A stretch of 64,000 nucleotides of DNA from Raillietiella orientalis (taxonomy: Eukaryota): assembly GCA_036172245.1 (NCBI GenBank), contig JAYWIR010000018.1, positions 2,728,001 through 2,792,000 on the forward strand, read 5' to 3'. Every line of letters begins with the position of its first letter. Position 1 is the first letter of the stretch. Under the pieces are notes generated by a model, which ran no database searches, had not been told where the DNA came from, and was given only the letters and a program-made list of their open reading frames with translations. Shown here one piece after another: positions 23,101 to 36,300 of this stretch. The position numbers were made by a program, and so were the translations under genes.

Positions 23101-23639
23101 GCGCAACGCGTCACGAAGACGTCATGCGACGTTTCCGACAGCGCAAGGCGGCGTTATCTCCCCCGTCGACAGTGGCAGGTGAGGACGTCTGCTTTCGGCG
23201 GGGAGGCGCCGCAGGTTCCGCGGTCCACTCTGAAATGCGGATTGCACTTAACGCCTTCCTGGGTCGCCTGTATCGGGGAACGGAAGGATGCCGCGTTTCG
23301 TCATCCTTCCCGCGTACACGGGAACTCGAAGCGCAAGGGCATGCGGGCTGGTGCGCAGGTTCGAGTCACTAGAAGGCGCAGCACGGTTCAACTTTCCCTC
23401 TGTTTGAGGGGGAAGCGTCGGCATAGGAAAGTGGAAGATCACTTCCGGTGTGAGCGGAAGAGAACACGCACGCATGGAAAAGCGTGTGCACGCTGTGAAG
23501 CTGACGTGCGCTTCCAGGAGCGTCCCCCCCCCCCCACACACTTCCGCAAGCGCGTTCTCTTTGCACGCGCGCCTGTCCGTTCGGATCGGACGTGGAAGCA
23601 GGTTCTGAAATTTAGCCTCTCGCTTCAGGAAAACTTTCT

Positions 23640-24480
23640 GAGGATTCGCTCCCCTCTCTTGAACCAGGTTTGCTGCTGCGCCATCGCAACCACAGGAGAT
23701 GCGTTATCATTTGTTCCTGAAAGGGTTGGCTCTTTTTCAGGTCTTCTTCCCAGCCTGGCTCGTGAGTCCGCTCGTCTTTTTCAGGTGTCTGACGATTCAG
23801 CAGACATTTCTACAAACGACTTTCGCGAAAGCTTCGGCAGAGGTTGCTGCAGTTATCTGGGAGATTCGACCTCAGTCCGGAGCTGCCGGATCTGAGCGAG
23901 ACCATCAGTGGGCGATCGCCCAAGCAACTCTCCATCACGTGGTCACATACACCTCTTTGGTGGGAATGCCACCACGTCAGAACCCGGCCGTCGATGTTCA
24001 GTGATTCCTAATGGTGGCTTCACGAGGAGAGACCCCATCGAAGCTGAATTTGAGACCTCTTGCGCCAGGATTCACTGGCGGGGCTGTAAGGACACTTTCG
24101 CTGGAAGCGAAGGTTCTAAACCAACGTGTGTCGAATGCGTTTCCGACGCCACGGACCAACCAAAAACGGGTTGCTAGCGATTCGTACAAGCGTGGAAGCG
24201 CCCCGGATAGGATTGCAACGCAGAGGTGTTGGATAGCTCCTTATTCGAGAGTCCATCATTTCGGAATCAGGAGGAAAGAGGTCATTCCATCTGTCTGCAG
24301 CACGCAACGTCTTGTGCACCTCTTCTAAGCGCGTGTTCCCACTGACTTTTTCCCCGTATACAATTCGAAGACCAGCGGTTGGTGTTACAGGCAATGTTAC
24401 ATCAAGATGAGCTGAAGCCCTAACGGAATGCCGAAACCTATTTCGCAGTGTGAGGTTGTTTTTACAGACTCCATCTTGCA
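23640..24480 (-). mobile_element. BEL/Pao LTR retrotransposon integrase remnant
   Basis: In order on the minus strand: SLATRFWLVRG (cf. LR.RFWI.RG), FSFDGVS (cf. F..TGVD), PTKEVYV (cf. TRAVHL), PDNCSNL (cf. SDNA.NF), HEPGWEE (cf. H.GG.WE). Confidence 0.55.
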
Positions 24481-24554
24481 ATAGCGATTTCCCTCACTCA
24501 GTTTTGTATGGATAAGCTCCCTCAGGATGACTAAGTGATGATGTATTGATGATT

Positions 24555-25420
24555 CTATAAATTGGCGGGAAAACAAAGATTTTCAGCGCAGCAAGAGGTT
24601 TCAGCACAGCCCTGTATTTCGAGCAGCACTCTCCAGAGGAACACCACGGCTTTTACTATTAGTACGAGCAAGATACTTTGCCACATTCCAGCGACCGCAT
24701 CCAGTAGCTGTGGATGACTGAAGATTACAGCTATTTTTGACAGTAATGCAGCATCACATGCAGCCCAATATAAAATAGCACGCTCATCATATTCATCATG
24801 AAAATAGCCTCTATTATTATCTTCAATGTCAGCACCCATCTTATTTCCACCCGGTATTCCATTATATCTAGATGGCTCTTCGAACAGCTAAGTGGCAAAA
24901 GAGTGCGTTTATCTGCAATACCGATATCAGCCTCACTTTCTGTATTTCATCACATCTAGCTTGCTTCCTCTGGCAAAAGAGCGTAAAGCATCACGACCGT
25001 GAATATTCTTAGAGTTGAAACCAGCACACTTGCCCCGAGAAACTCCACAACTTTCAACTGACTTTCTGATGCAGCATCATGTAACAGAGTGCCGTCATGA
25101 TGCTGCATCAGAAGCAATGCAATAACGCTCTTCACGTTGAAATCACCCCGCCCCCCCGTAAGGTTCTTAACTGTATCTGAATGACCATAGTTAGCAGCCA
25201 AATGTACTGCCATCTTTGTCCATAACGTGAAAACCAGCATTTTTTTCTCTGAAATCTTTAACATCCAATTTAAAACCACCAGCAGCTAAATTCAAAGATG
25301 TTGAACCGTTAGTTGTTTTTGCCTTTGCCGGTTATGAGTTGAAACACAATCCACTCCTCGGAAGCCATGCATAGCAGCAAGATGAATTGCTGCTCATCCA
25401 TTTTTTGCTTGCTGCTCCAC
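24555..25420 (-). pseudogene. Frameshifted, intronless ankyrin-repeat pseudogene in an AT-rich island
   Basis: Successive ankyrin motifs across frames: AAIHLAAMHG, NGSTSLNLAAGG, VHLAANYGHSDTVKNL, GTLLHDAASESQLKVVEFL, SHLDIMEY..GADIE, AILYWAA. Visibly more AT-rich than the flanks. Confidence 0.75.
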
Positions 25421-26399
25421 TGAGGAGCAACACGAAGCAACAAATGGCAACACGTGAAGGAGTTGAGCTCCAGGACGAACCTACGGGAAGCTCACGAGTG
25501 ACATCACGAGTGACATCGATTTTCGGCTGGATGAAACCGGGTCCTCCTCTGGGTTTTCGCTCTTGGCAAAGCACAAGGTCGAAGGGATGCGTGCGAGAAC
25601 AGGGGGAATCCTCAAGCGGGGCTTCGCCTTCGAGGCGGCTGCTCTCCTTGAGACCGCTTCGCAGATGCGAGCACCTCTTGCAAGGTCGCAGCATCCGAGG
25701 AAACCGAGAGGCGTTCCTCCGCTTTCGGTTCGGTGCTGGAGCGCTCGCAAAAGCGCGTTCCGCCCCCGCTGAGCTCATATCCTCAAGTCGCTTGCTGCCA
25801 CGGACGCGCGTCTGGAACTCGGGCTTGAGGCCCGAACAGCGCATCCGCACTCCGTTCGGGGATCCGCGTCCCAGGATGTTTGCGGGAACCGCATTACGGT
25901 GTTTACGGCTGCGCCTTGTTAACTACGTCATCAAATGGAAAACCAAACCAAAGCAAACAGGATCCAGAGCGAAGGGAACAAACAGCGTGGTGCCGGCGTT
26001 ACGAAGAAACGAGAACAACGCGCACTTGGAGAAGGTTCCGGCTGCAGGCAACTGCCTGGTTCCCTCTGGATGGAAAGCCAAAAAGACGGGTTGAGCCTGG
26101 TTGCAGGGAACTGCTTGGGAGCTCAGTCCCTTAAGAATGTTCCCTTATTTTTTTTCGCCCAAGAAAAAGCGGCATCGTGTGCGCACTGCCCGCGTGGGTG
26201 CAACGCGTTCCTCTATCGATCTGTTCTCTCTACCTGCATCCCTACTCATCGATCGATAAATTTATTGATTCCTCAGCCCGGACCAGTCCCTTTGCAGTCT
26301 CTCTGATCCTCGTCGATCTTTCTCAGCTACCACTTGTGACTTCGAGACCTGCCCTCCGGCGCACTTCTCATAATGAACCCATTTCCTCTTCCTTGGAGA

Positions 26400-27150
26400 G
26401 TCTTTAATGATCCGGTATCACTGGCAAGACTCCCGTTTGCCTCCTCCCCGGTCAAGCATCCCGCTTGGCGTCCTTGCCCGTCGCCTGCCGCCATCGTTAA
26501 AAGGCAGTCTTCGTAAAAGGACAGTGGGCTGTACCGTTGGACGGCCAAGCCGGACTCTGCTGGTATGACCGTCCAACAGTGCAGTGTCCAGCAGCCGCAG
26601 TGGAATTCTGGGATTCTCTTCAACGAATGCTGCATTGTGGGAGCTTCGTACTCTTCTCGATCTTGGGTTGCACTGCATCCCAGGTGTGTTGTTCCCGACG
26701 GTGGGCTTCTCACACCTCCCTCGTGACCAGGGAGAGCAGGGTCTGCTCTTCGACCAGAAACATGCACGCACGCCTTCAGCCGGAGAACGCCGACCTCAAG
26801 CAGTGGACAACGGACGCACGGCTCGCTTCTTACGGACGGGGTGCTGAGTGCGGATCCTAGGAGCAGACAAAGAAAGAGTTCTACGGCTGGAGTGCGCATC
26901 CATCCGGTCGCGTTCCAAGTCGGGAACCTGCTGCTTTCCGCGTTTGGATCCAGACTCCAGATGGACCCATTTCCTAATGGTGACCATATGCAACCAATAA
27001 ATTTCAGTCCGAGCAGGAACCTAGGAAGCCAGGTATCCAAGGGAGGTATCCAGGAGGATACTGGACCGAGTAAGAAGCGCCGCACATCTTCGGTTCCCAT
27101 TTGCACGTCTTCTCGTTTCTTCCCGGACGGTCGCTGCTTCTCCACCTCTT
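26400..27150 (-). mobile_element. Decayed DIRS-like RT fragment
   Basis: FLCLLLGSALSTP (cf. F.CLPFGL.TAP), followed by VVHCLR in the adjacent frame. Confidence 0.35.
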
Positions 27151-27559
27151 CCTTTCCTTGACAGCCGGTCCCGTCTGGCGAGGAGAGCGCAGCGCCATTT
27201 TATCATTTTGAACCGCGTGTTGTTGGACACCGAGAACCGGATCATTCTTTTCCCCCTGGGCAGCAGCAGAACGTGAGGTATGCTGAGCGTGGATGTCCAT
27301 CTCTGATCAAAATCTCCCTCAGCCTCTCGAAACTCTCGCGCGCGTCTCATGTGAGGAACGAGCACCGCTCCTGGAGCATTCCTTCCCTCTCCTTCTTCGT
27401 GCTTCTGTGCGGTTTAAATGCATCAGAATGTCAGAGATGCGCGATGCATTTGGCTGCTTGGATGCGCTGTCGCGCATGACGTCATCGCAGAGTCGCAGCA
27501 GCTCATTTGGAGACACAAAACGATCTGCAAAGGAACGACTTCGAAGTTCCCCTTCGAAA

Positions 27560-27790
27560 AGCACCGGGAAACGCTTCGAACGGTCGTCTCCCGTTTCGGA
27601 ACTTTTCGGTTCCAGTGGCCACAACCGCTCCTGCTGCCCGCCTGGACAGGTTCCACTTGTCCATTCCATCAACACTCTCTGCAAGTTGAGGCAAAAGAGT
27701 CGAAAGGCCGTGTTGACGAAAGCACAAGCGACCCTGTCGAGCCATCATCGATTTTTCGTATTTTCAGAGTGGGCAGACCAGACGTACACG
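27560..27790 (+). mobile_element. Possible hAT transposase C-terminal dimerisation-domain remnant
   Basis: LDRFHLSIPSTLSAS..VER (cf. LA..YLSIPATSA..ER); a single motif only. Confidence 0.3.
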
Positions 27791-28782
27791 GGAGATAAAA
27801 AAATGAAAAGAAAAATCCAGAGCACAACAGAATGCGAACACAGGTACAAGAGGAGACCAATAGAAATCAGCGTGTGGAACACAAAACGAACCTTCTCGAA
27901 CAGCAGTGCATTTGGCGACGGAAAAGAAACAGTTAAGAAGACATCCACTATATCAGCACGCGACCGAAATGTGCGGCTGCACGCACGCGTGGTCCAAAAT
28001 AAAAGATGAACGCGTCATGTTCGCGACGTGTTTCTGTACAACGTGTTTGCATTGGGTTCTTCTATTCGTCACCATCAGAGGAAATTTTCAGCTTCCTCCC
28101 GCTGATCAGTTGGCTCGTCGAAGCTGCTGCGCGCTGGAGGGATCAGAGACCTTGCCACCGAGGTGGCACGCGCACCCAAACAGGATGCGAAACGGTTCGA
28201 GGTGCGGAAGAGGTAGACGAAAGGGGAGAATCGAAAGGAGGCAACTGGCCCGGCATGGCAGGGAAAACGGGATGACAAAAAAAAAAAAATCCACATCCCG
28301 GAGTGTTTCTGTAAATGTACGGATGTTTTTTTTTTTGTCATCCTTCAAGAAAAAAAAAAAAAAAAAAAAAAGGCGCTCTGTGGTGCCTGAAGATGATTAT
28401 ATCTCTGCGAAGATGATACACGGTTGCTGACTTCTCGTTATTCTTCAAGCTGCAACCGTTCGTATTTTTGAGTGGATTTGCAAATTCCTGCAATCTGGGA
28501 GGCATTCCAGGTCGCAATGCGTGTTTCTTTCACGGTCGTTCCAAACTTAAAGCCAAAGTTCAGAAATAGAAATCAGGTAAGTGCTGCCTTCGTAATCAAC
28601 GATTTACGAGTTTTCTAGAATCTGATGATAGTTGTCATCATGTCACTGAGAGTAGCCTGTGTGACGTTTCTTGTCCGCCGTGCCACCAGCTGGGTCGGAA
28701 AGGCCGTAATCTACGGAGCGGCTACTCTGGCCCGCAGTTTTCCAAAAAGCACTTATGCCGCCAGAGTGCACGCAAATTTGCT

Positions 28783-28855
28783 GGGCCTGTGGCGCAATGG
28801 ATAACGCGTCTGACTACGGATCAGAAGATTCCAGGTTCGAATCCTGGCAGGCTCG
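28783..28855 (+). tRNA. trnR-ACG: tRNA-Arg (anticodon ACG), eukaryotic cytosolic type
   Basis: 73 nt: GGGCCTG/CAGGCTC acceptor stem, D arm TGGCGCAATGG, anticodon loop CT-ACG-GA, T loop TTCGAAT. No encoded CCA and no intron. Confidence 0.97.
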
Positions 28856-28863
28856 AACCCCAA

Positions 28864-28867
28864 TTTT
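28864..28867 (+). terminator. RNA polymerase III terminator (T4) for tRNA-Arg
   Basis: TTTT 8 nt downstream of the tRNA 3' end; a second T run lies at about 28890-28894. Confidence 0.6.
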
Positions 28868-30899
28868 GCCTGCGCTCCTCCGCGCCTCCTTTTTCCTCGG
28901 CAGCCAATCAAAATTCAGCCGAGCGCGGCTTCCCTACGGAGAGCAGCGGAAAGCCGAAATTTCGCGCCGCGGCAGCAGCGCCCCTGAGCTTGGCGACACT
29001 TCCGCGCCGAGAAGAGGCGCTCAGGACGAGGCACCTTCGAGCCCGAGCGGGCGGGCAGCGAACGGGGCTGCGCCCGGGAAGCGACTCCGCTGGCCCTCTC
29101 CGTCCCGTCCAGCCTGGAGCAGCACCCCCTCGCTCGTCCGTCGCCGCCGATCGCTCCCTCGGCGTTCCTCGCGGCCCCTCTCTGTCTTCCCGAGCCGGAC
29201 CGCGGCTTTCCCGATTGATCGCAAGGAGGAGAGAGAAAGGAAGAGGAGAAACCGTCTCCGCGCGCTGCTTGGGGCGAAAACGGTTCCCCCGCCTCCCGGC
29301 TTTGGCGGCACGGCACGTGCGCGACCCCCGTGGAACCCGGAGACGCGCGCTTCGGAGGAAAGGCCAACGTTCCAGAATGCGATCCCTTCATTTAACGGAT
29401 TGCTAGGTCTGAGGCCTTGTGTTCCGTTCCGGCTGACTTTTCCCGGCATTCCCGGGAATGGGGAGATCTTTTTCAGAAAAAAAAAGGAAGAAAAACGTGC
29501 AGGAAATTCGTTATTAGGAATGGGGGGAGAATGCGTGGGCCTGCTCTCATTGAAAATATGCAAACAATTATAGGCTCTCTTTGGGGTGCGTGGGCGGAAG
29601 GGAAACAAAACCGAACTATTTTTAAAAGAGGCGGTGCGATCGATCGAATCGTTCTTAGGGAGATTCGACGGCCCTAGTTCCTTGAGATCCCGCAGGAACG
29701 GGCTCTGCGGGAAGGAGGAGGGCAGGGAGGAAGCTTCCGCATTGGCCGAAGGCTTGCCGAGGGTAGAGGGAGCGAACTGACCAGGGCCATAGGGAGGAAC
29801 GGTAGAAAAGCTGCCTTGACTGCCGCCGTCTTGGAAACCAGGCCGGGCGCCGTTAGAAACCTCAGCGCTGAGAGGGTGGAAACGGGGAGTCTGAAGCGCG
29901 CGAGAGAGCGCCAAGAGGGAGCGCCGCGTGAGGGAGGAATGCAGCAGCTCCTGGGGCTTTCTGCTTGCCTCTCGCCCTGGACCGGGCACCGATCGTCCGA
30001 CGCGGGGAGCGCGGCACCCCGGCAGAGGCTGACACGCGCCCTCCGGCACGACGACCGACCGGGAGATGAGCTGACCTTCCCTCCTGCCCGTCGGCCGGCG
30101 GGCACCGACACTCTCCGCCCACCGGCCAATGGCGCACCTCTTCGTCGCAGGGTCTCTCGCGCGCCTTTGCCGAGCGGAGCTGCCGGGCTGATGGATCGTT
30201 TCGGAAGTAGGAGGAAGCGGGTGTCGGTCGGGCGACCGCCTGGAGTGTTCTCGCGCGCTCTTGATTCATGGCGACGAGACGCGAGCGCACTCGCCTTCCC
30301 CATCCGTTGCCACGCGCACCTACGGCTTTCGATTGTCATCCACACGTCCCGACTCGCGAAAGACCCGCTGCTCACTCGTTCCTGCCCGCTTTTATGTGTC
30401 TGTCTTGGTTCTCCGTGCCTGAGTAGGACGTGAGGACGTGCCGTGCGCGTCCTCAGCTACCGGTTCGTGTCGGTGTGACAGCATAACTGAAATACTGTGG
30501 GTTCCTGCGGCAGCTCGTTCCAAAGCGAACTCCTAATGTGCATTCCGAACACCAGACCTATAAATCCTCTACAGCTCAAAGCTCCCCCTTTCTTAGGCGT
30601 GCTTGCCTGCCGTGGTAACCATTGCCGGGCGAAGCGCGACGCCCTCTCTCTATCGTATTCTTTCCGCGCGCTGCGTTCTTGGGTCGAGAGCCCCAATGCA
30701 AGCCCGAACAGAGGCGGTCCATCTGCCTCAGTGTCCTCTAGCGTGAAAAGAGATCTCTGGGTTCGACTCCTCTTTGAGGGTTTGAGGACGAGATGAAGAG
30801 GCCGTTTTTGACAGAACTCCCAGAGAGAGAGGGGGAGGGGGGGGGGAACAGAGCTTTCCATTTTCCTTAGTCATCCTCCCAAATATCCAGATGAAAGGT

Positions 30900-31700
30900 A
30901 CGCAGTCTGCGGGTCGCCCTGTGTTCGAAGAAAACCTAGTTCGAAGCTTCTGACGTTTAATGGCAGACGGCGGCGCAGACAACCGCCGTGGACATTGAAG
31001 GCACGTCCCAAATTATGCAGACGTTGACGGTGAGGGTTGCCTTGAGGAAACGCATCCTGGATGAGCAATGGTGTTCTTCCCGACTTGGTTCTTTCTTTCT
31101 GATTACCTCCGGGGAGCAAAAAACGCCTTCGCTCGCTCCGCCTCTATCCCCGTCAACTATGCCGCAAGGGGAGAAGAATCTCGAAGGAGAAGGAGGTGCA
31201 CGGATCCGAATCCCCGGCATCGACCGCGAAGGGTTGCTTCCGGCCAGAAGGTTCCGGAGTCTGAGAAGCCGAACTTCCCATCCTTCAGAGATGATCCCTA
31301 TTTCGGTCCGCTAAGGGTTTCCTGAAGATGACGGCTTTCGTGGAGGGGTGGATACTGAGGGACCGATGGCTCTCTTTGCACATCGAGAGCGAAGAAGTCT
31401 CCAGCCTTCGCGGGCCTCCCATTTTCCCGGTCCGCGTACTGTCTCTTCGGTGTGTTCGCTTCTCGCTTCCCGGGAATCCCCAATATCGCCGAGATTCCCT
31501 TTCCAAGTCAGCAGCCGTTGAGGATGGCTGCTGCCTTGGAAAGGCTTGCCTTTTCTCTACCCTGAAGCGGTAGAGAAAAAGTTGCGCAGGTACTGGGGAA
31601 AAGGAGAGGCAGGGGGAAATCCCAGGCAGTCTCTTTTCCCGGTTCCGTCTCGTTGGTGCGCAGTGCTGTTCGGTTGCCTCGTGCAGTGGGACCACTCGAG
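30900..31700 (-). mobile_element. Possible decayed tyrosine-recombinase (DIRS) fragment
   Basis: Weak ordered similarity (QLFLYRFRVEK, TPLLIQDAF, LHNLGRA). Confidence 0.3.
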
Positions 31701-32599
31701 ATCACTCAGCTCGAAAGTGGCGTAAACCACTGCCCGGAAGACAGGCGGGGTGCTCCCACCCCAGATGTCATTCGACCCAAAACCGGAGGAGATTTATCCC
31801 ATCGAAACCGGAAATGGGAAAGAGAGGTTGGCAAAACAACGGAGTGACAGTTCTTGCGCCGAGAACGAAGTTCACCTTGTAGAGGGAAGTAATCCGGAGA
31901 TGCAGCTTCCGCCCAGCGCGCGCGTCCGACGCGGACACCAAGAAACAGGACGACGAAGGATTCGGGTGATTCGTAGAGCCTTGCGAGCGGGCAGTGCTCG
32001 AGTGCACGTCGGCGTAGGGAGATGATCGGGAGCACGGCCGAAGGTCTTTCGTCAGTAGCCGGGCCGGAGAAACGTAGGAAGCCGAAGACTTCCAGCCATC
32101 CCCAACGCATCCACGCATGGCAGTTCGACTCTTTTTTCTTCGAGAGGAGCGGGCGTGGCGAAGCACCTTCCGCGCGTTGGGAGAAGAAGACTCTTTTGCG
32201 AGGCTAGGTGCTTCGGCAGCAGCCGTCCATTCATCCGACTCCGAAACAGGAGCGGATTTCTCAACGTTCGGGAGAGGAGGGGAACTGCATCTCTCTCCCC
32301 AGGCTGGACTCAAGGGAAAAGCAGAAATCTCGTCACGAAGCGGCGTCCGAACTGACCGCAAGGAGCAGGTCCCGTGGACGGCGAGGAGACAGGTCCTTCA
32401 CTGCGTGGATTCAGAGCGAGCTTGAAAAAGTAGAGGCGATCGGAGGCACGAAATGGCTCTCGGCTCCGAGATCTCGAACTGCAACATCCGACGGTGCGGA
32501 GCTATACTGTGGGTTTTCAGGGACTACAAAAACACACAAAAACACGTTCTAGCCTGGACATCCACAGGACGACCCTACAGACCGGGAAGCGTGCGAGGG

Positions 32600-33700
32600 T
32601 TGTCTTGAGAATGACAAACGCGCGCTCTCGTTGGATTTCATTTCCCTCATTTGTTTGAAAGCCTCCTACAGCAAAAACCAGCCCTTTAAGAAGCCTGAAG
32701 AATACGCGTAAGAACGTGGAACGGTGAGCGCAAGGGACTCGTGGTTCCTTAATTAATGGATCATTCTTTCCCTTTGCCGAGATCCCCTGCATTAAGCGGG
32801 ATTGCGTCGGTGATGGCTTTTGATTCCGTTGTCAGGAAAACGCCGGTACTAATCGAGGTTTCCAAGCATCGAGAGAAAGATGGTGGTACAGTCCGAATCT
32901 ACACAGTTCTTTCCTATGATAAAAGCAGCCATGAGAATTGCTTTTGGAGAGAAGATCAATCGATCTGTTCTTCGTTTATTACCGAAGTCTGGACGTGATG
33001 AAGAGCAAACTCGCGATGACGCCATTCGGGAACGGATTCGTCCCTTCGGATGTGAGTTTGAGGCAACGAAATGAGTAAGAAATCGTCGAGTGGACGCAGT
33101 TCCTCCCCCTTGGACGTTGTCATGCTGTACGACGGTGACCGGGGAAGCCTGCTGGCTCGCGTATGCCGGCGTGGGGCGAGGTTGCGGCCGAGGGATCGGG
33201 AGAAAATTGTGCCGTTGTTCCAAAGCATTCTCGAGACAAGGCGCCAGTGGCGGCGACAGATATGGGCGACTGGCCGGCTCTTCGGAATGGGAGGAATCTT
33301 CCGAATGGCATCCCGAAGGACCGCCACAGATCCATCCGAAAATTTTCCTTAGGCTTCTGGCTGGCGGAGGAACGTAGGGCTGCGGTTCATGAGGCACGGG
33401 GCGAACAACCGCCGAAGTCATCTCGTAACGTGTACCGGGTGGACCCTTTCGACATCAATGGCAACGAAAGTGAAACGAAAAAGATCCGCAACGAAATCTT
33501 TTGAGGCACCAAATGAATGTGAGATCAAGAGCATTCACGCAAAACAGTTCTTGGAGCCTTTTGTCTTCAGCAGCTCGATTTTTCCGCTGCTTTGATAGCA
33601 GGCGGCAGATCCTCATGAAAGCGAAGAATGCGACCATTCACTTTCATAATAAATAGTATTACCAACGAATTAAGAAGACTAAGGAGTTGCTGCATCCTTC
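32600..33700 (-). mobile_element. Possible P-element/THAP9-like transposase remnant
   Basis: Weak motifs in the expected order: MKV, IFGW, CLENA (cf. QDCLENFF), RSLGRN, AAFII..NCVDSDC, PCAH..FLRVF. Confidence 0.3.
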
Positions 33701-34047
33701 GGTGTCGCTTTCCGTTCACACTTTCGCATTGCGGTGGCAGCAGTGTCGGCATCCCACGTCGCCGTGGATTCGCAAGTGGCAATGCGACTTCGAGGTTGCT
33801 TCGAACAAACGCGCTGTCTTCGCTTCCGCATTAACCTCCCTCTTCTTCTTCTTCTTCTCCTTAGCCCTACGAGGCGCGCATGTTCCGCTAAATGCTTCTG
33901 CGGAGGAATTCCTCAGGCTGCTGCAGCAGCCTGAGGGGTTCTTTGTTTCATCCGGTGAGTCCCGGTCGCCATCACGGTTGTACGTGAACGGAGCTCCGGG
34001 ATCGTGAGACGATGCTTCCCTGGACAAACCGCGCTCTCTGCCCGAAA

Positions 34048-34069
34048 ACACACACACACACACACACAC
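34048..34069. repeat. (AC)11 microsatellite
   Basis: Seen directly in the sequence. Confidence 0.9.
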
Positions 34070-35299
34070 GACGAAGGAGCAGCAGCAGATAATGCACGAG
34101 GCATCCACCTCTCCTAATTAAGCTTTTCGCATCTCGTAATATTTCCCTTGCCGTTAAGAGGGCTGACGATTGGCGACGCTAAGGAGAAATATTGGCTGCA
34201 ACCAATAAGATTGCGCCCAGTTTCGATGGCTTCCACTCCTGACAGATGCATACCAAACAAACAAAGGAACGAGGCTGGCTCACTTCCGTCCCTGTGTCTG
34301 CGTATCTCCTGATATGACAGGATATAGGAAACGAGGCAGAAATGTGACAGCGAGCCCAAATAAATTGTCCGACAGCGTTCGCTCGACATATTTCTGCGAG
34401 GTGAAGCGGATATCCGGAAGGAAGACGTCGCAGCTGGGAAAGGTATTAGGGCTGCTCGTCTGCACACACACATGCAAGAGGGACACTTGGGATCGCATAT
34501 GGGCAGCCCACAGCCGTGCAGTCCGGGTAAAAGAAAGCTTCTACGTTCCCATTCATACGCTTCACGTTTCGTCTCGTTTCTTCTGGAATTTTCGTTCCTG
34601 GAAAGGACCACGGTATCAAGTGTCGGGAGTCCCGGCTTCCCGTTCGCCTTCTATTGTTTGACCGGACGTCCTCTTGAGTCCCCTGTTTTCGGCGTTCGTC
34701 TCCCAGACAGTTCGTTTCGATTTTCGGTTTCCGTCGGGTGGATGCGCGCGTCCGATTCGTCTTCGGAGTGGCTCATTCTTTTGTACGGTTTCTCTGGAGT
34801 TCCCCGCAGGCGAATCTAACAGGAACGGGGGGTCACAAGTGTCTCGGAGACCTGGGAGGAAAACGGATGTCGCCGTCTGACCCTCGTGGGTCCGGCAGAA
34901 CTCCGGGAAGCCTGCTGTCGCCTTCGTGAACAAGGCGGTCGTAAGCAAGCGAAGAGAACGCTCTTCGGCATCTGGTCGTGGTTAAGCGGAAAGTCCGGGC
35001 AGGCCTTCAGCTCCCATCCGGAAAATAAACAGCATCTCTCGTGTGCTGGCAGACACAGGTGGTACGAGAATTTCCTCGCACGGACGAAGAGCCACCACCA
35101 TCGCTTCCCAGTTTAAGGCACCTTTACCGACGCCTCCTCGCCCTACAGCTGTGCACGGACGCGGAAGCTGTTGACCTGGGCTTTCTCTTTCTGAACTCGT
35201 CTCCCGGGTAACTTTCACCCTCGACCACGCGTCCACTCATTCGTAATAAGCAACGTGGATGTACGTGCGAGCGTCGGCAGGTATGTGAATGAGGGCGCG

Positions 35300-36300
35300 C
35301 GTTCATCGTTTTCCGGCTTTCGTCGTGGACGCACAGACGTGGCTGCCGCGATGACGAGTCCACTGCGGAAGGCGATCTCTTCCCACCATTCCCACGAAAG
35401 AATTTTTCGGAAAGTGTCGTGGATAGATCGCTTTTCGGGAAGGCCACCGTTATGCCTTCTATCCGTTGAGTCGACGGCTGCCGTTTCAGCTTGACTGTCT
35501 TCAATACTTGACCAGCAGGTTGAGGCTGAAACTGCAGGCTGCCCTACCGAGACAGGGTCCAAACTAATCCGGTGCAGACATCCAAGCTTCGCAGAAGGGA
35601 GCAATCCTTAGGAGTTTCGAATCCCGGAAAAGCATACGGTTCGTCCTTCATGCTCATCCAGAAAATTCGTCGGTCACCGATGCGAGGAGACCGCTTGCTT
35701 TCAGAACTTTGCGACACAAAGCGAAGTTGCGATCTTTCTGGCCACTTCCGTCAAGCGGCATCCCGATCGAGGGGAAGATGCCCCTTTCTCGCTTCAAAAT
35801 CTTAATTGGGAAGCAAGAAATCATGGGTCGGGTTGCGATGGAGATATCACACACCCCTCGGCTGAATTCTATACTACCTTCCGTTAGTATTCCTTTGAGA
35901 ATTTTCTTTAGCGCGGTTAACATCCGTGTGTGTCCTCTTCGTTTTTCATGTGGGTCAGACGCCACTACCGTGAAGTTTCGATTGGATGCAGCAGCTACGC
36001 CAAAGAGCCACACCCCAAGCAAGAAGAAGACCGACTCGGACGAACTTGAAAACTTTTTCCGAAGCGAGCCAAGACAGAACCAGAGTACTGCGGTTGCAGT
36101 GACCTCTTCGCCCTCAGCTCCGCCGCTTGTGGCCGCATTCAGAGAGCAGACTCTGCCTCCGTTTCGAAGAGGGGACAGAACCGGAGAGTGCTGCTTCAGC
36201 ACTCTCGCCGCTGGGCTAAGAGATGGATCAGCCACAGACGCTCGAGAGGAGGGGCGCGTTTCCTTGCCAGGACGAAGGCTTTGCCGCAAGGGTGCACGTC
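35300..36300 (-). mobile_element. Possible decayed tyrosine-recombinase (DIRS) fragment
   Basis: Weak motifs VFFLLG, ALCRKVL and DSTDRR; heavily degenerate. Confidence 0.3.

Noticed and set aside
22315..23895. 526-aa plus-strand ORF
   Set aside because: Arg/Ser/Ala-rich with no domain motif; a chance open frame in GC-rich DNA that partly overlaps the antisense of a BEL remnant.
28755..30433. Overlapping long ORFs around and downstream of the tRNA
   Set aside because: One frame runs through the tRNA itself; composition is typical of GC-rich shadow ORFs.
30372..30740. Apparent run of small minus-strand exons
   Set aside because: Splice-like signals exist, but the joined peptide resembles nothing I recognise and needs weak donors and very short introns.
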